A stretch of DNA of 64,000 bases from Bilabrum cf. latius (taxonomy: Eukaryota): the NCBI GenBank assembly GCA_965178125.1, contig OZ237771.1, forward strand, positions 248,001 through 312,000, read 5' to 3'. Positions 1-12,717 of the stretch are shown in pieces. Positions within the stretch are counted from its first letter, which is position 1. Every line of letters starts with the position of its first letter. A program made the position numbers and the translations under genes. The notes under the pieces are model-generated. The model worked only from the letters and a program-made list of their open reading frames with translations. It ran no database searches and had not been told where the DNA came from.

Positions 1-3000
1 CCTCGTCGCCGTGTGCTTCAATCGCTGCCAGCAGCACATCCGGCGAGCTCATGCTGTTCAGCAAAGGTGCACCACCATGCAATGCACCCGTCGAGGAGAG
101 ATCTCTGGGAGCCAGATGTGACCTGCCCGTCGATGAGGATGCGTTCGCGCCCGGTCTAGCTGCTCCTGATTTAGATGGCGAAGAGAGCCGGCCGGATGCA
201 TTCCAGACTATGGCGTTCACGCTGCTTGGGCTGCCCATGGTGGAACCGCGCCGGCGCCGCGCAATACCAGGCGAGCCACCTAGTTCCGCAAGGGGAGATT
301 GCACCTACCCGACTGGAGCGGTCATGCGGCGGGTTCCGCGGGGACCAGCGAACGTTCCCTGTCGGACACGCCCCCACGGGCTTGTGATCGCAGGAAGTTG
401 CATGCTGGTGGTATCCCGTGCACCGCCGTGCAGTGCATCAGGCTTCGGTAACGTGCCATCGCTTCCGTTGCCATCCGAGCCGCTGCCTCCGGAAACGCCT
501 GGGGAATCCCGCGTAGTCCCCGATACGGTGTCAGCGCCAGCCCTAGCTAGAGGTGCTACCGGCCGGGACAGCAGCTGCTGGGTGATGTCAGCTTGCTCCG
601 CGGAAGGGGGAATCCTGCTCATGCTCATGGCCCTGCGAGACAGCATTCCGACCCGCACGATTCCGGACCTGGACGCCGGCGACCACAGCGAAGGGGACCC
701 ATCAACGGGTATTGAACCCCGGAGGCCCGGAGAACCAGGATGCAAAACGGACTGGGGTCGGGATGCGTCTAGCTGCAGCGCAGGCGTCGAGCCAGCACGC
801 AGAAATGGCGAATCCACCCGTGGAGTTCGCACTATCGCAGCCTGGTTCGGCGTGGTCTCGCCCGCGCTGCTCCCGCTCCCAGGGCCACTATCCCTGGAAA
901 GAGCTGGTGCAAGTGCACCAGTGACTCGATCGAATTTCGAGGCATGCGCAAAAGCAATGGGAGTCGCAGCATCGCTGCCATCGGTGGTGCTTGAAGCGTC
1001 GGAGACCGAGTCCAGAGCTGCTTGTTTCTCTTCATCATCATTGTTCCCGTTAATTGGTATGGTCTTTCCCTGCTCCCTCCCTTGTCGTCCTGCATTAAAG
1101 CGACTCACGTGACCCTCTGGAGAACTGGGCTCGCCGCTCCCTGATTTGGCGTCATCACTGCCTGCACTTGCACTTGCACTTGCACTTGCATTCAATTGGG
1201 CTATCCCTCGGCGGCCGTGCGTCAATGATCCCGAAGCTGGTATCCTGCCCTTGCCTTGCTGATGCCTGTTGCTGGCGTGCCTAGTAGGACTCAGCCCGTG
1301 GCGTTCGCTGCTGCCGGCTTCTTGGTGCCTGAGTGCCTGCCTTCTATTACCCTTCCCGCTACCTCCGCTGCGAGTAATCATCCCAGCACCACTGGTGGCC
1401 TGTCGGTCCCGTCCAGGGTAAGGGGAAGGCTCGGAGGAGGACTCGGAGTCGGAAAGCGAGCCGTCGGTGTCGTCTGGTTCTCTGGCGTACAGAGGGGTTG
1501 GGGGTGCACCGCCATGCATTGCACCCCGTCCCTGCGAGTTGGCTCGTCGGGAGATGCCGCGGCTATGGCCACCCTAGTTCCTCATCGTGCCCTTGCCCTT
1601 GCCCCTGCCTTCGTCCCTGCCCCTGCCCCTGCCCCTGCTGCTTCTGCTTCTGCGTGTCTTCGATGCCCACACGTCCGCATCTAGCCCTCTCTTCAGATCC
1701 ACAGGCAGCGGCCTGGATGATAGGTGGTGAAGGGAGGAATACAGCCCAGGGCTCGTGTGGAAGTTGCCGGTGTGCGGGTTATGGCGGATGGCTCTCGCGC
1801 GCCAGTACTCCACCGAGCTCATCACCTAGCCGCGGAAGAACCGCCAGTGCGCAGAACCGTCCGGTGGGGCGTGGTGAAAGGTGCCGATCAGTCCGTTGCG
1901 GCAATTGAGAAACTGCGATGGTGGGCAAAGCGGGAGGTGGGCAAGCCGACAGGAGTGGCGCATTGGGAATCCATAGATGTGCTCCACTATGGGAAGATGC
2001 GATGGGGTATCCGTTGGTCAAACAACCCGCAAGGCAGGACGTATAATAAGTGGACCTACATGACAATGCAGCGAGCGGATGGGATATGCATCACGAAAGC
2101 AGTGCACTGTACTGCGCTGCAACCGACTCACCCCGTATACTCCCTCTCCTAGGATGCTGTCCGGCCCCCTTTCTTGTCTGTGCTGGGGCTTTCTTGCCTG
2201 TGCGGTGGGATTGGGGGCAGATTCTGAGGCCGTGCTGTGGTCGGCGTGATCGCTCACAACACCGGTTGCACTCGTCACACCAGTGTCGGCCAGGTCCCAG
2301 GTCGACACCTTGAACGTGCTGTGGCCAGGGCTCGCAGCTCTAGTGTGACGAGTGCTGCTGTCGGCAGTACTGGAGGAGGGCGCAGGCGCTGACGATGCTT
2401 TCATCAGCGAGGCCGGGCCAGCGCCAGGGGCGGGGAACAAACCGGAACTGCCTCCGGTCGACGCCATGTGCTGGTGCTGCACAACTGAAGGAGTGGAGCG
2501 GGCCGCCGTCCCACGTGCTGACTCGGTGAAGTCGTCGTTCTTGACCAAACGTGCCTGCCGGAGCAGAGCTGAAGATGCTCTTGAATCCCCGCCCTATCCC
2601 CCAAACGATGACCGCCCACTCGTCACACCGGGAGAGGCATCCTGCCCGTCGCCGAGGAGGACAAGGGGCGTGTCGGCTGGAGCCGCGGGGGAATCTCCGC
2701 GCATGCTCATCGCGCTCCCAGCCATCGAGGAGGCTCGTGCGGAACCGGCGCCGCCGTCGTCATCATAGGCCCCGTGCTGCATGCAGAAGCCCATCAGAAG
2801 AGACGGTGGTTTCGGCCGTTCGGCTGGCTCGGTCAAGGCCTACTGTTGCGCTACGGACGTTGCAGGCAGATTTCCAATCGGTGCACTAATTTGCAGATCC
2901 TACTGTTTGGTTATTTGATCTATTTGAGGCTATTTCGCATTGCTGCTGGCACTGAGTGGTTGGGAAGCTTCGTCACGTTGCCTCTGCTCGGCGGGTCGTT

Positions 3001-3436
3001 CTGCCGGTTCAATCCACTCGTTTCCATCACCGGGCTCAGCACTTGCTTTTTCATTGCACGGATAATCGTTGGCCTGAACCTGGTCGCTGTTCGGAGCATT
3101 TTGGAACATGGTGGGTGCTAGAACGGCCGATGGTTCTGCCGGACCAGACACTCCGCCGAAGAAATCAAAGCTGGGTTTCATTGCTACAATCGTAGTGCTC
3201 GCAGATGCATGCTTTAATCTGGTCTCTTCTGGCGCAGAGGTAGCAGGACTGGGCCCGAGCGTACCAGGCTGTGGCCTACCTGATATTGCATCCTACAGGT
3301 TGCTCGGTTCTTCGGACTGAGCAGGCTCCTCCGCTTTGGGCGACCCTGAAAACCAAGTAGTTGGTTTAAATGCAGGTATGTCGGATTTCTTGTCGCCGAG
3401 GCCAAGCGCTTGGGGCGAAACAAAACCATCTGACAT
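1..3436 (-). CDS. Low-complexity Ser/Gly/Pro-rich protein of unknown function; 3' end outside the window; one intron; TAG read as Gln
   Basis: ATG at 3436 (MSDGFVSPQ). ORF fragments 2930-3181, 2594-2836, 2018-2548, 1574-1825 and 305-1519 share one frame. They are separated only by TAG once intron 2131-1913 is removed. Confidence 0.6.
1913..2131 (-). other. Predicted phase-0 GT-AG intron (219 bp)
   Basis: Donor GGG|GTGAGT, acceptor CATCGCAG|TTT. Both sites are conserved in the duplicate at ~9.9-10.1 kb. Splicing removes the only in-frame TGA (2018-2020). Confidence 0.55.
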
Positions 3437-3996
3437 GACAGGTCTCTTATCGCCGCGTGTCCAGCAGCCTGAAGGCCTACAGATGTTTGCACCAGGGCTG
3501 TCTAGCTTTGAGTTAGACCACCATCCTTGGAATGCTGACTTGGCTGAAAACTCTTGTACTCGTGGATGTTAAAATCGAAATGAGACCTGGATGATTGGCG
3601 CCGCGCATAGTCTACAGAAAGTTCCGCAGTTGCACGGGTGAAGATCCAAGGATGGTACGATAGTAGCCCGCCCTCACCCGCGTCACGTAGTACTCTACTG
3701 AGTTCGCGAAACATTGCGTTGCTATCCTTGTCGCTCCAGAGTGGGCAAGTCGCTCGGATTCTAGGAGATGGCCCATCGTGTCTGTGGATGACGAGTGACC
3801 CGGATCAGGGACCAGATCCTCCGACCAATGCGGATGAGGATGTTGGGAGGTAACAATTAGACTTGAGCGACAATCGAAGGTGCTCCCTGACAGGTACCCA
3901 AGCTGGGCCCCTGCCCACACGGCACGGCACCCCACGAATATCTGCCAGGGTTCTGCCCTAGCAGTAGACTAGTCCTGGTCGTCATGGATGGTGCTA

Positions 3997-4557
3997 CTGC
4001 CCTCTTGACCCACGGCTCGCCCATCCCTCCCATTGCCCCCCACGGGCCTGCCCTCTTGACCCACGACTCGCCCATCCTTCCCATTGCCCCCCACGGGCCT
4101 GCCCTCTTGACCCACGGCTCGCCCATCCCTCCCATTGCCTCCCACGGGCCTGCCCTCTTGACCCACGGCTCGCCCATCCCTCCCATTGCCTCCCACGGGC
4201 CTGCCCTCTTGACCCACGACTCGCCCATCCTTCCCATTGCCCCCCACGGGCCTGCCCTCTTGACCCACGGCTCGCCCATCCCTCCCATTGCCCCCCACGG
4301 GCCTGCCCTCTTGACCCACGGCTCGCCCATCCCTCCCATTGCCCCCCACGGGCCTGCCCTCTTGACCCACGGTTCGCCCATCCCTCCCATTGCCCCCCAC
4401 GGGCCTGCCCTCTTGACCCACGGCTCGCCCATCCCTCCCATTGCCCCCCACGGGCCTGCCCTCTTGACCCACGGTTCGCCCATCCCTCCCATTGCCCCCC
4501 ACGGGCCTGCCCTCTTGACCCACGGTTCGCCCATCCCTCCCATTGCCCCCCACGGGC
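3997..4557. repeat. 51-bp tandem repeat, 11 copies
   Basis: Unit CTGCCCTCTTGACCCACGGCTCGCCCATCCCTCCCATTGCCCCCCACGGGC, with few substitutions and no spacers. Confidence 0.95.
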
Positions 4558-4922
4558 CCGTCACCTGAGGCAGCCAATCTTGCCGTTGTGCGGCTCATAC
4601 CACTGGCAGTGGGTGGCAGCAAATTCCTATCCTCGCTGAAGTGGCCATGCAGGAAGCAGCGCATACGGTCCCTGCGACGGGGAGCAGGTATCCGGGATAG
4701 CTATCCGATAGGAAGCCATGTAGCTGCGAGGCAAGTCCACGCGCATCCAAGATTGGGAAAATGGTGGGGTGTACGGGAGGGTTCATTTCGTAGTGTCGGA
4801 TGAATACCGCAGTCAGGTCCTCTGGCGAGGAACCAGTGGTTCGGGGTGAAGACCAATGGGTCCGCGGGACCGGGGGCAGGCGTCCTTCATATTACGTATT
4901 CTGGTTTAAAACTCCAGGTTTG

Positions 4923-5478
4923 ACCGAGTTTCTCTCTAGCCCAGTCCATAGCATCTCCCCCTCATGCCACACCCAGTGCACCGAGTGCCTCTCTCGCCCA
5001 GTCCAAAGCATCTCCCCCTCATGACACATCCAGTGCACCGAGTGCCTCTCTCGCCCAGTCCGAAGCATCTCCCCCTCATGCCACACCCAGTGCACCGAGT
5101 GCCTCTCTCGCCCAGTCCGAAGCATCTCCCCCCTCATGCCACACCCAGTCCACCGAGTGCCTCTCTCGCCCAGTCCGAAGCATCTCCCCCTCATGCCACA
5201 CCTAGTGCACCGAGTGCCTCTCTCGCCCAATCCAAAGCATCTCCCCCCTCATGCCACACCCAGTGCACCGAGTGCCTCTCTCGCCCAGTCCGAAGCATGT
5301 CCCCCTCATGCCATACCCAGGGCACCGAGTGCCCTTCTCGCCCAGTCCGAAGCATATCCCCCCTCATGCCACACCCAGTGCACCGAGTGCTTCTCTCGCC
5401 CAGTCCGAAGCATCTCCCCCCTCATGCCACACCCAGTGCACCGAGTGCCTCTCTCGCCCAGTCCGAAGCATGTCCCCT
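4923..5478. repeat. 57/58-bp tandem repeat, ~9.5 copies, made of the last codons and TGA stop of the adjacent kinase-ARM gene
   Basis: Unit starts at 4941, 4998, 5055, 5112, 5170, 5227, 5285, 5342, 5400 and 5458. On the minus strand it reads ASDWAREALGALGVA-TGA plus a G-run of variable length. Confidence 0.93.
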
Positions 5479-7644
5479 ACCAGATTCCCTCAGCTGCCTC
5501 AGTGGGTCAACAGCGCCTGCATCCACCACGGCCTGCTTCAGGCCCTCTGATCCAAAGGCGACATTCATAAGCGCCCCCGCCGCCTTCTCAGCCTCTTTGC
5601 CCTTGCTCGATCCCAGCAGGCCCACCAGCCCAGGCAGTGCACCTGCATCCACCACGGCCTGCTTCAGGCCCTCTGATCCAAAGGCGACATTCATAAGCGC
5701 CCCCGCCGCCTTCTCAGCTTCCTTGCCCTTGCTCGATCCCAGCAGGCCCACCAGCCCGGGCAGTGCACCAGCATCCACCACGGCCTGCTCTTGACCCTGC
5801 GATGCCACGGCGATGTTCCGAAGCGCCCCCGCCGCCTTCTCAGCTTCCTTGCCCTTGCTGGATCCCAGCAGGCCCACCAGCCCAGGCAGTACACCAGCCT
5901 CTACAAAGGCATCCCTGGCCCGACTGTTGAGAAAGCAAGCCTGCCAAACGAGGAAGGCCCCCATTTCTGCTTCCATATTACCATCGACTCCCAGGCTCTT
6001 CACGATCCTTTCCAGCTCACTGCTGTTCGATAGCACGTGATCTGCTATGTCAGCTCTGACGTCTTCAAATAGTAGCCGGGCATGCAAACTGAAATCATCT
6101 GGATGATCAATGCCCGAGTCCATCCGTAACTGCCAAAGCACCCTGTATACACCATCCCAGTCACCCCTTGATTTAAGCCCATCCGCCAGAGACTTCAGCC
6201 TTATAACTGTTGATTCGCACTCAGGCCCACCGGTTGCCAATGCTTGCAGATACTTGCTGATATCATATAAACACGGTCCAGTTGCCCCTGAATGTCCACC
6301 AGATCGCATCACATTCACCGCCTCGTGCACTCCCATCCTATCCCCAGGATCAATGCACAGCAAATCTTGAACCAATGAAGCGTACCATTTCGGCCGCTTT
6401 GACAGTATATCGAAATCAGTCAACGGTGCATCGCAGGCATGCAGGGCAGCTGCAAGCTCCCCAGGGCTGGGCTTGCTCCCATCCTACAACTCGCAAGGAT
6501 ACTAGTCCCCGAACGGGTGCTGCCCTCCCGTGGCCAGCTCGTGCAACAGCACGCCCAGCTCCCATGATGCCTGCTTACCGAATGGCACCACAGCTGAATC
6601 GTCACCTGCCGCTCCCTTGTTCCACCCGTCCAGCACCTCAGGGGCCAAGTGGGCCCGAATACCGCCCAGCCCGTCACCACCATCCTTCAGGTATCGGTAC
6701 GTGACCTGATCTAACGCCTCCTCTGCTTGTGAAGTGCGAGATGCACTAGCTGAAGCAGCAGCAGCAGCAGCAGCAGGGTCAGCAGCAGAGACTGCAGCGC
6801 CATCCGCATGCACCCGCAGTGAGCACCCGAGATCGATCAGCACCGCACGACCCACCCCCTCCGGACCCCCCTTCGAGTCCCACATCACGTTGTCCAGCTT
6901 CAGGTCACGGTGCACCACCCCGTGCTGGAGCAAGTGATGCACGCCCTCCGCGATGTCGCTGGACAGCTGCACAAGTACATCGTCAGGCATGGATCCCGGC
7001 TCATCGTCCTCCAGGTATTCCAGATGGTCGCACATGCGCCTCTGCAGCAGCTCCACGCCCACCATCTGGGCCTTGCGGGGACGCAGAGGGGCGGCACCAG
7101 CGGACGGCATGCCTTCTCCCGCAAAATCGCTGTAGTCGCCCATATCAAGGCACACTAAACTAGGATCAGGCAGCATTTCCACCATCCACACCGGAGGCTT
7201 GCCCACGCATTCGAACAGCACGCGAGCAAGGTTACGGTGCTCGGGCAGGCGAGCGAGCACATCGAACTCTTTCTGGGAATCGATGGTTTCGAGCTTTGAT
7301 GTGGACAGTCCCCAGTTGAATACCGTCTTCACTGCAATATAATCAGGTGCTGGAGCAGCGCCTTCAGCCTCTGCATCTGTGCTGCTTGCGGGAATTGCCA
7401 CGCGAAAGACGGCCCCAAATCCGCCGCTTCCGAGCAAGACTCTTCCTCTCGAAGGCTTGATGCAACGAGCCAGAAGGGGTTTCGCAAATTTACGTCGCTA
7501 CACCATGGTCCCCGATTTCGTCATACGGTAGACCTCGATCACGCTGACGGGAAGGTCGGGAGGTGGGATGACCGCACAACCCGTATCAGGTACTGGTGGG
7601 AGATCCCTCGCACCGGCACCACTGCATGGTCCAGAAGCTGCCAT
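5422..7644 (-). CDS. PINK1-like Ser/Thr kinase with 3 armadillo repeats (~740 aa, TAG=Gln)
   Basis: Motifs GSGGFG, AVK, HRDLKLDN, DLG and APE, followed by 42-aa GALPGLVGLLGS repeats. Three in-frame TAGs (7498, 6502, 6484); ends at TGA. The start is inferred from the paralogue. Confidence 0.85.
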
Positions 7645-7852
7645 ATTGAAATGTACTGTTTCTGTATGTGCTCCAGAATGCTTCTTGAGCCCGTCCAGAA
7701 AGCAGGATACTTGAGAAGCCACTGCATTCTCGATGTGGATCGTGGTCTGATTTTGAACAAAATTGCACGTCACAAACATGAGCTGACGACGCGGAGTGGT
7801 GATGTTTAACCGATTTGCAACGAAAGGACGGAATGCTTTCGGACCAGGAGCC

Positions 7853-8593
7853 ATGGTGACTACAGCGGCAATGCAGGAGTACGGTCATCAAGGAAGACGA
7901 ATCCTGCGCATTCGAGCTGGACAATATCCACAACAGGGAACGCCCAACCTCCAGGTAATGGGCACCGCGGTAGAGCAGATGGAGCGAGCTGAGCATGAGC
8001 GTCACGCCGAAACGAAGCCGTGGACACCTGATGCCGGGGATCAGAATAGAGGGAGGTCGCCCGCCTCTCTTCGGAAGGCATGGGCGAAGACAGCTCTCGC
8101 CCTGGATCCCTGGGACGAGAAGCTGGAGCACACCAACAGGGCCAAACCAATCGTCGAAGGCGCGCTCATTCGGATAGAGCGCACGATTGCACGGTCCTCG
8201 GAACGTACAGCTGTCAAGGTGCTGGCTAACCGAGTGGTGCAGGTGCTCCGAAACCAGCTGCGCCAGCAGGAGCAGCTGACATGCAGGCAGTGGATGCGTG
8301 GTGATGCGGCGGCTGCCTTAGCCGCCACGGCCACGCAGGAGCTGATAGCGGCAACCAATGCGAACGCCCGACTACAGCGACGGATTTTCAAGCCCCACGG
8401 CTTGCTAAAGGATATAGAGAGGCAATGGGCCAAAGGCATGAGCGCGTGCATGCTCGCCTCTCTGAAGGATCGTGAGACGCAGAGACGGTCATGGAGGAGG
8501 AAATGGTGGGTCTCGACCGGGGACCCTGATGTGGGACTGGACCGCGCCTTGTGCCGGGCACACGCTCCGCACCTGTACGCTTTCTCCTTGTGA
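7853..8593 (+). CDS. Hypothetical ORF (~246 aa), possibly a degenerate mobile-element remnant
   Basis: Open from ATG 7853 to TGA 8593 with helical, charged composition. No recognisable motif. Confidence 0.25.
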   Translation: MVTTAAMQEYGHQGRRILRIRAGQYPQQGTPNLQVMGTAVEQMERAEHERHAETKPWTPDAGDQNRGRSPASLRKAWAKTALALDPWDEKLEHTNRAKPIVEGALIRIERTIARSSERTAVKVLANRVVQVLRNQLRQQEQLTCRQWMRGDAAAALAATATQELIAATNANARLQRRIFKPHGLLKDIERQWAKGMSACMLASLKDRETQRRSWRRKWWVSTGDPDVGLDRALCRAHAPHLYAFSL

Positions 8594-9789
8594 AGGCAAC
8601 AGGCTGGGGGCCTGTGGGGGACCACACTGATGGCGAAGAATGGGAACTCGGCGGCATAGGCTGAGAACGGGGGGCCTTTGGCCTGAAAGGGTCGGGGGTC
8701 TTGTAGTCCTTTGTTTTAGGGCTCCTCTGGATCTAGGTGATCACCCAAACCCCCTCGGGGGCGACGGTGCATCTGGGTGCTTACGGAATCTTTACCCAAC
8801 AATGTATTTCTGTATTTCTGTATTTCGACGAATCGAGAAGGGAAGATCAATGCTAGAAAAATCGATCGGATCGACGATATCGGCCTGGATTCTCCCTACC
8901 TGATCGACGATTTTCTTTTAACGAATCGTCGACCGAGCGGCACTTGCACAACTACGAATTATTCAAGTATTCAGGCAGTAATTCACTTTGGCCTAGGGGT
9001 TGTGACAGCCATCCTTGGTTGCACATTATTAGTCTGTGGTTTGCTTTCCCCATAAATTAGTTTGGCACTCATGTTTGCTGGCACCGAGGACTAAGGACCG
9101 AGAGGCGGCGCCTCCCGACGGGCCCGCTCCTTCACATCGTGACGGAGCGTCGCAAGTTGACCACAAAACAATACGCCATACCCAGTTCCCAATTCCACTC
9201 CACTTCTGTCCCCAGTTCACTTCACCTGTCTACCCACCGCCCTACCATTTCCTTGGGGACCACACGATGGAACTTTCGCTGAGCTCGACCCGACCAGAGC
9301 GAAACGTACTTCACGCATCGTCATGCTCAGAATACCAGCCGCCTCGACAATGCCAACCACCGCGCCCGTAGCTGAATCAAACACCTTTCCCGCTCTACCT
9401 TCCCACCCACTTGCACTAGATCTACACGATTGCCCGACGACATCCGGATAAACCTCCACTAGGTCTACTGCATCATGGCTGCCTCCCGTTTCCACGACGC
9501 ACTTCACTTCTTCCGCTGAAAGACCCCCCTCACCGCTCTGTCGTCTACCTCCCCCTCCGCCAGCTATTTCAATATCGGGCTGGATGCGCCTGCTCTTGAT
9601 CTCCATCTTCAGGATGGATTGGCACCATAGAGTGGGACTAATGTGGGCGTTTGGCGTTGGCGAGGCAATGCCGGCGGGTAGGGAGACGATGTCTGTGCCG
9701 AAGGACTTTGGCCAAGACAAGCATATGACGAGTGCAGTCAATGACGTACACCATGCTGCCCACTACGAGCCCATGGACCTACACGTGAT

Positions 9790-11424
9790 ATGGCGGATGG
9801 CTCTCGCGCGCCAGTACTCCACCGAGCTCATCACCTAGCCGCGGAAGAACCGCCAGTGCGCAGAGCCGTCCGGTGGAGCGTGGTGGAAGGTGCCAATCAG
9901 TCCGTTGCGGCAATTGGGAAACTGCGACGGTGGGCAAAGTGGGAGATTGGCAGATCGACAGGAGTGGCGCATTGGGAATCCATAGAAGTGCTTCATTATG
10001 GGAAGATGAGATGGTATCCGTCGGTCAAACAACGCGCAAGGCAGGACGTATAATAAGTGGACCTACATGACAATGCCGCGAGCGGATGGGAGATGCATCA
10101 CGAAAACAGTGCACTGCGATGCAAGCAACTCACCCCGTACACTCCCTCTCCTAGGATGCTGTCCGGCCCCCTTTCTTGTCTGTGCTGGGGCTTTCTTGCC
10201 TGTGCGGTGGGATTGGGGGCAGACTGTGCTGTGGTCGGCGTGATCGCTCACAACACCGGTTGCACTCGTCACACCAGTGTCGGCCAGGTCCCAGGTCGAC
10301 ACCTTGAACGTGCTGTGGCCAGGGCTCGCAGCTCTAGTGTGACGAGTGCTGCTGTCGGCAGTACTGGAGGAAGGTGCAGGCGCTGACGATGCTTTCATCT
10401 GCGAGGCCGGGCCAGGGCCAGGGGCGGGGAACAAACCGGAACTGCCTCCGGTCGACGCCATGTGCTGGTGCTGCACAACTGAAGGAGCGGAGCGGGCCGC
10501 CGTACCACGTGCTGACTCGGTGAAGTCGTCGTTCTTGACCAAACGTGCCTGCCGGAGCAGAGATGAAGATGCTCTTGAATCACCGCCCTATCCCCCAAAC
10601 GATGACCGTCCACTCGTCACACCGGGAGAGGCATCCTGCCCGTCGCCGAGGAGGACAAGGGGCGTGTCGGCTTGAGCCGCGGGGGAGTCTCCGCGCATGC
10701 TCCTCGCGCTCCCAGCCATCGATGAGGCTTGTGCGGAACCGGCGCCGCCATCGTCATCATAGGCCCCGTGCTGCATGCAGAAGCCCATCAGAAGCGACGG
10801 TGGTTTCGGCCGTTCGGCTGGCTCAGCCTGCTGTTGCGCTACCGTCGTTGCAGGCAGATTTCCAATCGGTGCACTGATTCGCATATCCTACTGTTTGGTT
10901 GCTTGATCTGCTTGAGTCTATTTCGCATTGCTGGTGGCACTGAGTGGTTGGGAAGCTTCGTCACGTTGCCTCTGCTCGGCGGGTCGTTCTGCCGGTTCAA
11001 TCCACTCGTTTCCACCATCAGGCTCAGCACTTGCTTTTTCATTGCAGTGATTATCATTGGCCTGAACCTGGTCGCTGTTCGGAGCATTTTGGAACATGGT
11101 GGGAGCTAGAACGGCCGATGGTTCTGCCGGACCAGACACTCCGCCGAAGAAATCAAAGCTGGGTTTCATTGCTGCAATCGTAGTGCTCGCAGATGCATGC
11201 TTTAATCTGGTCTCTTCTGGCATAGAGGTAGCAGGACCGGGCGCAAGCGTACCAGGCTGTCGCCCACCTGAGATTGCATCCTATAGGTTGCTCGGTTTGT
11301 CGGACTGAGCAGGCTCCTCCGCTTTGGGCGACCCTGAAAACCAAGTAGTTGGTTTAAATGCAGGTATGTCGGATTTCTTGTCGCCGAGGCCAAGCGCTTG
11401 GGGCGAAACAAAACCATCTGACAT
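9790..11424 (-). pseudogene. Truncated, frameshifted duplicate of the 1-3436 gene
   Basis: 9790-~11830 is collinear with 1781-~3840. An 8-bp deletion near 10222 shifts the frame, and homology ends abruptly at 9790. Confidence 0.75.
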
Positions 11425-12717
11425 GACAGGTCTCTTGTCGCCGCGTGTCCAGCAGCCTGAAGGCCAACAGATGTTCGCACCAGGGCTACCTAGCTTTGAG
11501 TTAGACCACCATACTTATAATGCTGACGTGGCTGGAAACTCTTGTTCTCGTGGATGTCAAAATCGAAATGAGACCTGGATGATAGGCGCCGCGCATAGTC
11601 TACTGAATGTTCCGCAGTTGCACGGGTGAAGATCCACGGATGGTACCGGTACGATGGTCGGGTCGTGCGCTCTCACCATCGTCGCGTCCTCTGCTGAGAT
11701 CGCGAAACATTGCGTTGATATTTTTGTCACTCCAGAGTGGGCAATCCCCTCGGATTCGGGGGCCCTCTCGACATCGTGCCTGTGGATGACGAGTGGCCCG
11801 GATCAGGGATCGGATCACCCCGACCACATCCGGATGCGGACGAAGAGGAACAAGATGTGTACACCGACACAGGCGACGATAGAGCTGTGCAATAGGGAGA
11901 ACGTAACGGAAGGATCAGGGCCCCAGGTGCCTGGCACAAAGGAGACGCACATGGCAGCGGGTTGAATGGCCAGCAGTGCGCAGATCAGGCCAACAGACGA
12001 TGGGATGGCTGGGGCAAATTGTAGAGCTTCTTAGGTAGGCAAGGACATGTAGGTGCAAGTTGAGAGGATAAGACCAGGGCGATAATGCAGTTGAGCTGGT
12101 GAATGACTAGTCGCTCGGGAAGGAGCCCAACGCGTCCGGCTAGGCCTACGTAGGACCGCCTGCCGGGTTCAAGTGCTCGCCCTGTCCAAGACTTGTTGGA
12201 ATCTAGTAATCCTGCCCGCCACCACCACTGTATCTCGATTTGATGTGTGTGCACAACCTAGATTCTGAAATCAAACAAACGAAACAAGCGCGACAAAGCA
12301 GTGCAACAAGTAGCGCGACCCTTGACCGGACTGACCGGGACACGGGAATAGCACTTGCACCGCTCCACCGCGGAGAAAAAGGTCGAGAGGATGAACAATA
12401 AAATTGCCCAGTCTCACCCCCTCACCTGGACACATACATCGAGGGTGTACGCGGCAGCGCCTACACCATCAAAATCATCCGCTGCACTTGGTCGCACGCA
12501 CCGGTCGCGACCACCAACGGATCTCAATGACACATTTCCAGTGTTACCGCTCTGACAACAGCACCGGAAACCCCCATCTAGACATAGGACCGTATCCTAT
12601 ACGATCATGCAATCGATACACAGGACTATTGGAAAGCCCCAGGTGCCAGTGCATGATCGTGTGATACTTAGGGGCAGCACTGACCTCCTGTTCTGCTGAC
12701 TAAGGCAGCGACAGGAA

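Noticed and set aside
1162-1640. (TGCACT)n and (GCCCCT)n hexamer runs as telomere-like repeats
   Set aside because: Short, in-frame coding microsatellites (SASASA, RGRGRG).
3997-5478. CRISPR arrays
   Set aside because: The repeats are head-to-tail with no unique spacers, and there are no cas genes.
7853-9780. Non-LTR retrotransposon remnant
   Set aside because: Only a vague resemblance to restriction-like endonuclease tails; no RT motif, poly(A) tail or target-site duplication was found.
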